Positions 1 to 6,434 of a stretch of 64,000 nt of DNA are shown one piece after another. The notes under the pieces are model-generated. The model saw only the letters and a program-made list of their open reading frames with translations. It searched no databases and was not told the DNA's origin. This DNA is from a virus (lineage: Duplodnaviria > Caudoviricetes), in the IMG/VR virus record IMGVR_UViG_3300009424_000011, positions 1 to 64,000 of that record. One strand, written 5' to 3'. The number at the start of each line of letters is the position of its first letter. Positions within the stretch are counted from its first letter, which is position 1. The position numbers and the translations under genes were made by a program.

Positions 1-990
1 ATAGCGCTCCTTCCACTCGTTGATGGCATCCTTCTGGGAACCACCACGCTTGGCGAAGACGAAAGCTTCCTTGAGCGGGAACACCGCCCGGAACTTGGGC
101 ATCGGCTTGTGCTTGACGAGGATGACCACACCCTCTTCGGTGTGGTGGGCGTCGTCGATGATCTCCAGATCGTCAACGATCTGAGGCAAAGTGCCCTTGA
201 CCTTGATCAGGTAATCGCGAACAGCCTCTTCATCAACCTCACCTTCCTCGTTCCACTTGATGAAGTGGTCGCGCTTGATGACACTGGTGTCCTTGAGGTG
301 GCTGTGAGTCGTGTAGATGACGGCTTCCAGACCATACTTCTGGATGGTCTCCATCACATCCGTCAAGGGAGCGCCCGAATCGAGATCGACCCCAAGGATG
401 TGGTTCTCGATCATGGCAACAGCTTTGCGAGCGCCGTTGGCCGACTTCCCTTGTAAGAAGCAGGGACCGTCTTTCTGCCCTTCCTTGTGATCTTGCAGCA
501 CAGTTTCGAACTGGCCGAAGGTGCTGGAAATCTCTTTCCACTTGCCTTGGCCTTCGTCGCGGCGACGACCAGTCATGAGGGTGATCTGGCGATCCGATCC
601 CGGCGTTTTCAGGTCGAGGTCTTCCGGGAGATACCAGTTCAACCCGTCGAAGTCAGGCTTGCCCTTATGCATGAAGACGCTGAGAGGGCACATATGCAGG
701 CCCTGCTTCATGCCGGGGATCGGATCACCGTCGATCATGTAGATCATTCCGCCATCGACATCGAAGGACGGCTGAGGAACGACGACTTCCGGGTTACCAG
801 CTACGAAGACGCCCACGGCAAAGCCTTCGTCGGTGACGAGATCAATCCACGGGTCATCGGCATGGGAAGCGAACGCACCGACTTCGAGAAGGTCATCGCT
901 GGTGATATAGCTCCCGTCGGCTGCTTCGACGGTGACGGCTCCAGATGCACGACCCATCAGGTCGTGAATGAGTTGGGTGTAGGGGGTCAT
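1..990 (-). CDS. AEP-family primase/polymerase (N-terminal part; runs off the window edge)
   Basis: Missing from the ORF track; hand-translated from ATG 990: MTPYTQLIHDL...HILGVDLDSG...VIYTTHSH...KFRAVFPL, matching AEP motifs (DxD, YTTHSH, RxxxPL). Confidence 0.75.
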   Translation of the reverse strand, partial: MTPYTQLIHDLMGRASGAVTVEAADGSYITSDDLLEVGAFASHADDPWIDLVTDEGFAVGVFVAGNPEVVVPQPSFDVDGGMIYMIDGDPIPGMKQGLHMCPLSVFMHKGKPDFDGLNWYLPEDLDLKTPGSDRQITLMTGRRRDEGQGKWKEISSTFGQFETVLQDHKEGQKDGPCFLQGKSANGARKAVAMIENHILGVDLDSGAPLTDVMETIQKYGLEAVIYTTHSHLKDTSVIKRDHFIKWNEEGEVDEEAVRDYLIKVKGTLPQIVDDLEIIDDAHHTEEGVVILVKHKPMPKFRAVFPLKEAFVFAKRGGSQKDAINEWKERY

Positions 991-998
991 TGGTGACC

Positions 999-1445
999 TT
1001 ATGCTGTGAGGGAAAAGGACAGGCTGGTCACCGGGCCGCCTGTGTTCTTATCGTGCTTGGATGCCGCTTCGACGGCTTCCTCAGCGGAGGCTCCATGAGC
1101 CATGGCACCTAGCGCCAGTAGAGCGCCAGAACCGATTGCGGTGTAATCGGCAAAGATGGGGAGTAGATAACCGTTATCGAACTCGAAGAGATCGCCGGTG
1201 GTGTTGTCGATGATCAGGGCCGAGAAGTCGTTACCGTGATCGAGCAGAACTTGAGGAACGTCATCCTCAGGGCAACCACCAGCACACCAAGCTTCCAGAG
1301 GTCGTCGAAGCCATGCCGGACCAGCGAGGGCAACGGTGAACCCACCACACTTGGCGATCTTCTCGCGGGAGCCGTTGGTGATACTGGTGTAGGAGATCAA
1401 TGTATCGGCAGCCAGCAGGCCCGAGCGGTAAGCTATGGTCGTCAT
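999..1445 (-). CDS. Ntn-hydrolase, HslV/proteasome-beta-like peptidase
   Basis: N-terminal MTTIA, AADT, IGSG and D..TGG motifs. Confidence 0.7.
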   Translation of the reverse strand: MTTIAYRSGLLAADTLISYTSITNGSREKIAKCGGFTVALAGPAWLRRPLEAWCAGGCPEDDVPQVLLDHGNDFSALIIDNTTGDLFEFDNGYLLPIFADYTAIGSGALLALGAMAHGASAEEAVEAASKHDKNTGGPVTSLSFSLTA

Positions 1446-1569
1446 GTAGCGCTATCTCCAGAAGAGCGCCATGGTTAAGCTAGAATTGCCGTCATGTCAA
1501 GCAAGAATGTCGCACCTTGGACACACTGGACGGTTGTGGACAGCTACGGACGAAAATAATTTCCGCATG

Positions 1570-1605
1570 AATCGAAAGGCCCGGCCATCTTGCGACGGCC
1601 GGGCC
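1570..1605 (-). terminator. Intrinsic terminator
   Basis: Minus strand GGCCCGGCCGTC-GCAA-GATGGCCGGGCC followed by TTTCGATT. Confidence 0.7.
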
Positions 1606-1606
1606 A

Positions 1607-1776
1607 ATGCCGGGAGCTTCACAGCGAGTTGGAGACAGACCTTCATCTCCCGGCGGTAACTGGCGGGGGCCGGGCTACGAACCCGTCCACACGATCCTCA
1701 ACAATCCTCCGGGCACCCGGCGATCTCTTCTCGTGCTTCGGCCACTGGTTAAGGCCACTTCCCCGATAAACTCGAT
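1607..1776 (-). ncRNA. Putative structured ncRNA
   Basis: Lies between promoter 1783-1811 and a terminator; no convincing ORF; contains GGGTTCGTAGCCC...CCCCGCCA and a GCCGGGAG/CTCCCGGC stem. Confidence 0.45.
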
Positions 1777-1782
1777 GACAAA

Positions 1783-1811
1783 CAAATAGGATGATTCGTC
1801 CGGTTCGTCAA
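1783..1811 (-). promoter_or_regulatory. sigma70-like promoter with GANTC in the spacer
   Basis: TTGACG-17-TATTTG; spacer contains CGAATCA. Confidence 0.6.
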
Positions 1812-1821
1812 TAACTATTTT

Positions 1822-2013
1822 ACATCTCTTTCGCCAACGCCCCGACGTTTGGGCTGGGATTCGAACCCAGACGCCCGCGCCTTCCCACCATGGCTAGGAG
1901 GTTTACATCCCCCTGTTCCGGATTCGAACCAGAATATCAGCCGGGCCGCTCAGCCGTGACCCTCGCTTTCGACCGCCTAGAACAGTAGGACGAGACGTTG
2001 GCGAAAAAGATGT
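1822..2013 (-). ncRNA. Structured ncRNA with a 23-bp closing stem and two T-loops
   Basis: ACATCTTTTTCGCCAACGTCTCG pairs with CGGGGCGTTGGCGAAAGAGATGT (G-U pairs favour minus strand); two GGTTCGAATCC hairpins inside. Confidence 0.65.
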
Positions 2014-2014
2014 T

Positions 2015-2406
2015 GTCCCGAAACTGTTGCTACGCTCGGGACCACGCGCCACCTAGAGGTGTGAGGCCCTAGGGATTTTGTCGCTTACGCGGCGAGACGA
2101 ATCTCTTCGCTGGCGACGACCACATCATTGTCGTTGACAGTTGATGAATTTGATCCGCATACGGGCGGTATCTAAACGGGGCGCTTCTCCACATCGGCCT
2201 TACGGATCGATCCTAAATTCACCCCCATCAAAGAACCCCGCTGCCTTACAAAGGACCGTCGTCCAGAGCCTAGGCGGATCGTCACCCTGACCGCGTTTCA
2301 GGCGGCCGCAGGGGTCTTTGGTGGAGGTGCCGAGTTCTGCCCTCGGGTCTCCGCTTGACTTAGATGGCCTTCTACGACCGTAGTCTTCATGCCGAAGCAC
2401 TTGACG
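2015..2406 (-). ncRNA. ssrA: Two-piece (circularly permuted) tmRNA; tag (A)VNDNDVVVASEEIRLAA
   Basis: Acceptor piece ends GACCCGAGGGCAGAACTCGGCACCTCCACCA at 2319; intervening hairpin 2227-2318; coding piece starts GGGGGTG at 2226 with G3-U70; tag ORF 2138-2085 ends LAA-stop. Confidence 0.93.
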
Positions 2407-2412
2407 AGGAGA

Positions 2413-2441
2413 AGAATAAGCGATTCGCACATCACTGTCAA
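2413..2441 (-). promoter_or_regulatory. tmRNA promoter with GANTC
   Basis: TTGACA-17-TATTCT; spacer contains CGAATCG. Confidence 0.75.
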
Positions 2442-2466
2442 CTGAAAATTGAGAGCGCGTCGAAAA

Positions 2467-3045
2467 TCAGAGATAGGGCGAGGGCGAAGTCACCTTGACG
2501 CTGGCAACAAAGAGCGGTTGCGAAATGGCCGACAGCCGGTCAGCGAGGGCTCGCGAATCGATCACGAAGCGCGGCGATCGTGAACTGTATCCGGCCAGAA
2601 ACTCTGCTTCCGACAGAAGCTCTACGTCGGTCGCAGAGTGGAAGCGCATCTGGCGCTTGGCCGAGCCCGAGTGACAGCCAAGGGTGGTGGCAACGAAATC
2701 ATTGACCTTCGATTGCTCGCCGAAGAGGCTGGCGAAGAATCGGTTCTGTTCCTCAGGAGTGGCGTTGACGGTCCAGTTGTCCACATTCCGCCCCAGAACC
2801 ATGAGAGCCCCGGTCCGCAGACCCGGAAGCCAAGAACCAACCACGTTGCGTTCGACACCGAAGTCGGCCGCTGTGGAGTGAACCATCATGTTGAGAGCGC
2901 CGGAGACATCCACGGTCACCATCTGTCCGGTCAAGCCGGGCCATCCACTGTAAGAGGCGAAACGCTCAACGTCCTGCGAACTCTTACCAAGCAAGCGCTG
3001 TAGCTGGCTGATGCCGAATGTTTGCTGGCGAGCAGAAAATTCCAT
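2467..3045 (-). CDS. Hypothetical protein, possible N-terminal HTH
   Basis: 192-aa ORF with GGTGGA RBS and its own TTGACA promoter near 3080-3106. Confidence 0.6.
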   Translation of the reverse strand: MEFSARQQTFGISQLQRLLGKSSQDVERFASYSGWPGLTGQMVTVDVSGALNMMVHSTAADFGVERNVVGSWLPGLRTGALMVLGRNVDNWTVNATPEEQNRFFASLFGEQSKVNDFVATTLGCHSGSAKRQMRFHSATDVELLSEAEFLAGYSSRSPRFVIDSRALADRLSAISQPLFVASVKVTSPSPYL

Positions 3046-3113
3046 TAGTTATTCCACCTACATTTTTGAGAGACACATCGTTAAGATAAAAGCCAACGAT
3101 TGTCAATCGAAAA

Positions 3114-3449
3114 TTACGGTGTGGCGGGAGAGGTAGGAATCGAACCCACGTCAGCGGGTTTGGAATCCGCTGTCTTACCATTAGACGACACTCCCATAGT
3201 GCCAACCCGACCGCGAAGATAATCTAACGCTTCGGGGAGCCCGGTGATCGTCTGCCGGGCGACCACTGGGAAACGGATATTGATGTGGACGACATCGCCG
3301 AACACGCGGATCAAACCAGCACCGGGAAAACGTCCTCGGCCGGGCCGCCGGTTGTTCCAGCGGGTCCGCTTGTAGTGGGTGAACTCTTCGCCCTCGTGGG
3401 GAACTCCAAGGATCACAGCGCACTCAGCATAAAAATCGTCTACGTTCAT
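3114..3449 (-). CDS. Hypothetical protein whose 3' end reads through tRNA-Trp
   Basis: GAGGTG RBS then ATG; no stop codon before the tRNA. Confidence 0.55.
   Translation of the reverse strand: MNVDDFYAECAVILGVPHEGEEFTHYKRTRWNNRRPGRGRFPGAGLIRVFGDVVHINIRFPVVARQTITGLPEALDYLRGRVGTMGVSSNGKTADSKPADVGSIPTSPATP
3122..3195 (-). tRNA. tRNA-Trp(CCA)
   Basis: Cloverleaf; loop TTCCAAA; CCA encoded. Confidence 0.9.
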
Positions 3450-3463
3450 TTCACCTCATAATC

Positions 3464-3549
3464 TGGAGCCGCCCACAGGATTTGAACCTGCGTCCTTTCG
3501 GAACCTCCGGGTTGCAACCGGGTGCCTTACCAGACTCGGCCAAGGCGGC
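3464..3549 (-). tRNA. tRNA-Cys(GCA) with long variable arm
   Basis: Loop TTGCAAC; U73; variable arm GTTCCGAAAGGAC. Confidence 0.85.
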
Positions 3550-3553
3550 TTGA

Positions 3554-3596
3554 TTGACATATCATGTGAACTAAGCGATTTCACATGATATGTCAA
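3554..3596. repeat. Perfect 17-bp inverted repeat with TTGACA at both outer ends
   Basis: TTGACATATCATGTGAA-N9-TTCACATGATATGTCAA. Confidence 0.85.
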
Positions 3597-3634
3597 AGCA
3601 TATATTATCGGGTGGATATATGCTTCAACGTATG

Positions 3635-3722
3635 TGGAGGAAAGCGGGGGCATCGAACCCCTGACCCCGAAGGGTCACGACAGCGTTCCAAGCTGATTAG
3701 GGAGCCGACCCACGCGCTTTCC
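3635..3722 (-). tRNA. tRNA-Ser(GGA), 8/4 fold
   Basis: 8-bp acceptor GGAAAGCG/CGCTTTCC; 4-bp T stem; loop TTGGAAC; long variable arm. Confidence 0.85.
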
Positions 3723-3730
3723 ATATGTTG

Positions 3731-3818
3731 TGGAGGAAGGTGGAGGCATCGAACCCCTGACCCCGAAGGGTCACCCCGGCTTAGCAAGCCAGTTGAGGAG
3801 CCGACCTCGGCACCCTCC
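3731..3818 (-). tRNA. tRNA-Ser(GCT), 8/4 fold
   Basis: 8-bp acceptor GGAGGGTG/CACCTTCC; 4-bp T stem; loop TTGCTAA. Confidence 0.85.
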
Positions 3819-3824
3819 TCTAAT

Positions 3825-3900
3825 TGGAGCCGTTTGTCGGAATCGAACCGACTCTTCTCTCCCCTACCAAGGGAGTGCAGTCCCAGCTTGCTCAAACGGC
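3825..3900 (-). tRNA. tRNA-Thr(GGT)
   Basis: Loop TTGGTAG; cloverleaf; CCA. Confidence 0.85.
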
Positions 3901-4041
3901 GTTACTTGTTACAACCTCCAGCCATAAACTGACGATCGATCTCTTCGACCACGTTGAACAGGGAACCATCAGGTTCAACCAGAACAAACGTGAACTCCCC
4001 GATCTGCCGCACAGTGCAGCGATGGATCGGAGCTAAATTTT

Positions 4042-4115
4042 TGGATGCCCCTGTTGGGATCGAACCAACGTCTTCGCCTTCAAAGGGCGCTGACTTACCA
4101 TTAGCCGAAGGGGCA
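4042..4115 (-). tRNA. tRNA-Gln(TTG)
   Basis: Loop CTTTGAA; U1-A72. Confidence 0.9.
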
Positions 4116-4165
4116 TCAGGTTGGTCAGTTTGTTCGTCAAGAACTTCCATAACTAACTCCATAAT

Positions 4166-4240
4166 TGGATGCCCGAGCAGGGGTCGAACCTACATTTCAG
4201 GATTCAGAGTCGAGCGACTTGCCAATTAGTCGATCGGGCA
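4166..4240 (-). tRNA. tRNA-Gln(CTG)
   Basis: Loop CTCTGAA; two mismatches in the anticodon stem. Confidence 0.85.
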
Positions 4241-4256
4241 ATTGTTCCACGGCTTA

Positions 4257-4332
4257 GGGGTGACCGGCGGGATTCGAACCCGCCATCTCCGGCATCACAA
4301 GCCGGCGCATCATCCATCTCTGCCTCGGCCAC
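4257..4332 (-). tRNA. tRNA-His(GTG)
   Basis: Loop TTGTGAT; C73; ends CC(T); G-1 not encoded. Confidence 0.85.
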
Positions 4333-4354
4333 ACCTAAACCGTGGAACATTATC

Positions 4355-4429
4355 TGGAGCCGGATGAGGGAATCGAACCCTCGTCTTCGCGTTACAAAGG
4401 CGCTGCTGCTACCACTGAGCTAAACCGGC
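4355..4429 (-). tRNA. tRNA-Thr(TGT)
   Basis: Loop TTTGTAA; cloverleaf; CCA. Confidence 0.85.
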
Positions 4430-4444
4430 ATTGAACTTCATATC

Positions 4445-4529
4445 TGGTGGGTGCGGTGGGACTCGAACCCACAAAGCGGCCGAATTTTAAGTCCGGTGAG
4501 TCTACCAATTCCCCTGTCGCCACGCACCC
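4445..4529 (-). tRNA. tRNA-Leu(TAA), atypical fold
   Basis: Loop CTTAAAA; A73; short variable region; insertion before the D arm. Confidence 0.8.
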
Positions 4530-4543
4530 GTAGCTTGTTGTGT

Positions 4544-4626
4544 TGGTCCGCGATCCCGGACTTGAACCGGGAAGCCTAGGCCACGCCCTCTCAAGACGCT
4601 GCGTTTACCAATTTCGCCAATCGCGG
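4544..4626 (-). tRNA. tRNA-Leu(GAG)
   Basis: Loop TTGAGAG; variable arm; A73. Confidence 0.9.
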
Positions 4627-4634
4627 ATTTAAGT

Positions 4635-4718
4635 TGGTGTGAGCGGGGAGACTCGAACTCCCAAAGCTACCGGGTCTGAGCCGGCAAGGTATACCATTCC
4701 CTATGAAGCCACGCTCAC
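4635..4718 (-). tRNA. tRNA-Leu(CAG), atypical fold
   Basis: Loop CTCAGAC; same insertion architecture as Leu(TAA). Confidence 0.8.
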
Positions 4719-4762
4719 GTAACTCTTATTAAGCTCCTGTATTCACAGGTATTCTCCTAAAA

Positions 4763-4855
4763 TGGTGGGTGACCGAGGACTCGAACCTCTCGCCATCCGT
4801 CCCCCACGTTCTGAAACGGCACCGGGGTTACAGGCCGGCAGGGGGAAGATCACCC
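4763..4855 (-). tRNA. tRNA-Tyr(GTA), rearranged (no conventional D arm)
   Basis: Loop CTGTAAC; acceptor and T arm with ACCA; TCCCCC near the 5' end pairs with GGGGGA after the variable arm. Confidence 0.7.
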
Positions 4856-4867
4856 GAAACTTGTGAT

Positions 4868-4907
4868 GAAACGAAAATAGCGCCAGAACCCGGTGGGCTC
4901 TGACGCT
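4868..4907 (-). terminator. Attenuator terminator, operon C
   Basis: AGCGTCAGAGCCC-ACC-GGGTTCTGGCGCT followed by ATTTTCGTTTC. Confidence 0.75.
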
Positions 4908-4917
4908 CTGAAAATGC

Positions 4918-5014
4918 TGGAGGAGCGAGTGGGATTTGAACCCACGGAACACATCTCTCGATGGTCCAACGGTTTTCGAGACCGCCGCAATAACCCAGAC
5001 TCTGCCACCGCTCC
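4918..5014 (-). tRNA. tRNA-Ser(CGA)
   Basis: Loop CTCGAAA; long variable arm. Confidence 0.9.
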
Positions 5015-5049
5015 TCTTGGAAAGAGAGCAGCGCGTCAGGGCTGCTCCC

Positions 5050-5133
5050 TTAGAAGGGTGACAGGGAACTATACTGGCTATGCCAGCATAGTAAGGAGCC
5101 CGTAAGGCTTTGCAAGGCGGTCTGTGTGAACAT
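5050..5133 (-). CDS. Leader peptide C, MFTQTALQSLTGSLLCWHSQYSSLSPF
   Basis: ATG lies 7 nt after the -10 box (apparently leaderless); 21 of 26 non-initiator codons are Ser/Leu/Thr/Gln/Cys/Trp/His/Tyr, the downstream tRNA set. Confidence 0.85.
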   Translation of the reverse strand: MFTQTALQSLTGSLLCWHSQYSSLSPF

Positions 5134-5140
5134 GCTGCGA

Positions 5141-5169
5141 AGTATATGGAAGGAAGTTAAAGGAGTCAA
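5141..5169 (-). promoter_or_regulatory. sigma70 promoter of tRNA operon C
   Basis: TTGACT-17-TATACT; GACTC overlaps the -35; A-tracts upstream. Confidence 0.85.
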
Positions 5170-5211
5170 CACTTATTTTTGCTGACGGTGTTTTTTTTTT
5201 TGATCTGGGCG

Positions 5212-5281
5212 TGGAGCCCCCGGCCGGAGTCGAACCGACGCCTTAGAGCTTAGAAGGCTCATGGCCCGCCTCGGCGGGGGC
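5212..5281 (-). tRNA. tRNA-Arg(TCT) with truncated D arm
   Basis: 70 nt; loop CTTCTAA; perfect acceptor; CCA. Confidence 0.75.
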
Positions 5282-5288
5282 GGTGATC

Positions 5289-5363
5289 TGGTGCAAGAAG
5301 ATGGGTTCGAACCACCGACGCGTAGGTTTTCAACCTACCGCTCTACCACTGAGCTATTCCTGC
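5289..5363 (-). tRNA. tRNA-Phe(GAA)
   Basis: Loop TTGAAAA. Confidence 0.92.
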
Positions 5364-5369
5364 AATCTC

Positions 5370-5445
5370 TGGTGCCGCCTCAGGGACTCGAACCCCGGTC
5401 TTGGGCTTCGGACGCCCGCGCTCTCTCCAGTTGAGCTAAAGCGGC
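5370..5445 (-). tRNA. tRNA-Arg(CCG)
   Basis: Loop GTCCGAA. Confidence 0.88.
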
Positions 5446-5456
5446 ACTGACTTATC

Positions 5457-5530
5457 TGGTAGCCCTACCGGGGCTCGAACCCGGTTTCTCGCCGTGAAAG
5501 GGCGGACTCTTACCCATAGAGGATAGGGCC
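5457..5530 (-). tRNA. tRNA-Glu(TTC)
   Basis: Loop CTTTCAC. Confidence 0.9.
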
Positions 5531-5538
5531 ATATAAAT

Positions 5539-5615
5539 TGGTGGTCTGCGAGGGAGTCGAACCCATCAACCTTCCGCTTCGTAGGCGGTTGCTCTTCCAG
5601 TTGAGCTTCCAGACC
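5539..5615 (-). tRNA. tRNA-Arg(ACG)
   Basis: Loop CTACGAA. Confidence 0.88.
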
Positions 5616-5634
5616 GAACTCGTAAACTAATTCA

Positions 5635-5708
5635 TGGAGGCCCTACCGGGGCTCGAACCCGGTTTCTCACCGTGAGAGGGTGGACTCTTACCCATAGAGG
5701 ATAGGGCC
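5635..5708 (-). tRNA. tRNA-Glu(CTC)
   Basis: Loop CTCTCAC; near-duplicate of Glu(TTC). Confidence 0.9.
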
Positions 5709-5766
5709 TCATATGGTCATATATGGCACACAAGACGGGCTTGTAGGTCATATCTGACCGGTTAAC

Positions 5767-5875
5767 TGGCGCAGCAGCCGGGATCGAACCGACATCTTCC
5801 GGTTCTTCGCCCGGCCATCCTAGTCCCAGAGGTCATGACACTCTGTCCCCGTTGTCGGGGATTAGACGATACTGC
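5767..5875 (-). ncRNA. tRNA-like RNA with two extra hairpins in the D loop and an 8-nt anticodon loop
   Basis: T arm GTCGG-TTCGATC-CCGGC; GCCA end; 6-bp acceptor. Confidence 0.6.
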
Positions 5876-5879
5876 AAAC

Positions 5880-5954
5880 TGGCGACCGTGACGGGATTCG
5901 AACCCGCAACCTTCGGATAGACAATCCGCTGCCCAACCGTTGGGCTTCACGGCC
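5880..5954 (-). tRNA. tRNA-Asp(GTC)
   Basis: Loop TTGTCTA; G73. Confidence 0.9.
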
Positions 5955-5966
5955 AATAATAAGTGA

Positions 5967-6042
5967 TGGAGCGGCCGGCGGGGATCGAACCCGCGCTGAC
6001 GGAGGGTGGAAGCCTCCCGCTCTACCGCTGAGCTACGGCTGC
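5967..6042 (-). tRNA. tRNA-Gly(TCC)
   Basis: Loop CTTCCAC; U73. Confidence 0.9.
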
Positions 6043-6070
6043 ATCATCACTCATCACTAACAACTTCGAC

Positions 6071-6145
6071 TGGAGCGGGTAGCGGGGATCGAACCCGCGA
6101 CCTTCTACTTGGCAAGCAGGCGCTCTACCACTGAGCTACACCCGC
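6071..6145 (-). tRNA. tRNA-Gly(GCC)
   Basis: Loop TTGCCAA; U73. Confidence 0.92.
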
Positions 6146-6171
6146 ATCTAGTCGTAAACTATTGATATTCT

Positions 6172-6247
6172 TGGTAGACCGAGTGGGGTTCGAACCCACG
6201 ACCTCAAGATTAAAAGTCCCGCGCTCTGCCTACTGAGCTACCGGTCC
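6172..6247 (-). tRNA. tRNA-Lys(TTT)
   Basis: Loop CTTTTAA. Confidence 0.92.
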
Positions 6248-6265
6248 ATGCCAAGAACCAGCCGG

Positions 6266-6304
6266 GAAACGAAAAACGCCCCACCGGGCGACCGGTAGGG
6301 CGTT
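6266..6304 (-). terminator. Attenuator terminator, operon B
   Basis: AACGCCCTACCGG-TCGC-CCGGTGGGGCGTT followed by TTTCGTTTC. Confidence 0.8.
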
Positions 6305-6322
6305 CAAAAATCGATGTCGTTT

Positions 6323-6398
6323 TGGTGGACCTTGTAGGGCTTGAACCTACCACCTTGCGGTTAAGAGCCGCCTGCTCTACCTACTGAGCTAAAGGTCC
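6323..6398 (-). tRNA. tRNA-Lys(CTT)
   Basis: Loop CTCTTAA; A73. Confidence 0.92.
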
Positions 6399-6434
6399 GT
6401 CAAAACGACACCGATAGCTCTACGCACTACCGGG

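Noticed and set aside
109-996. Plus-strand ORFs 109-456 and 487-996, and the many long antisense ORFs across the window
   Set aside because: They are shadow frames of real genes on the opposite strand in GC-rich DNA, with no motifs.
5191-5201. T11 homopolymer as a phase-variation tract
   Set aside because: It is intergenic and upstream of the operon C -35, so an UP-like element or sequencing slippage is a simpler explanation.
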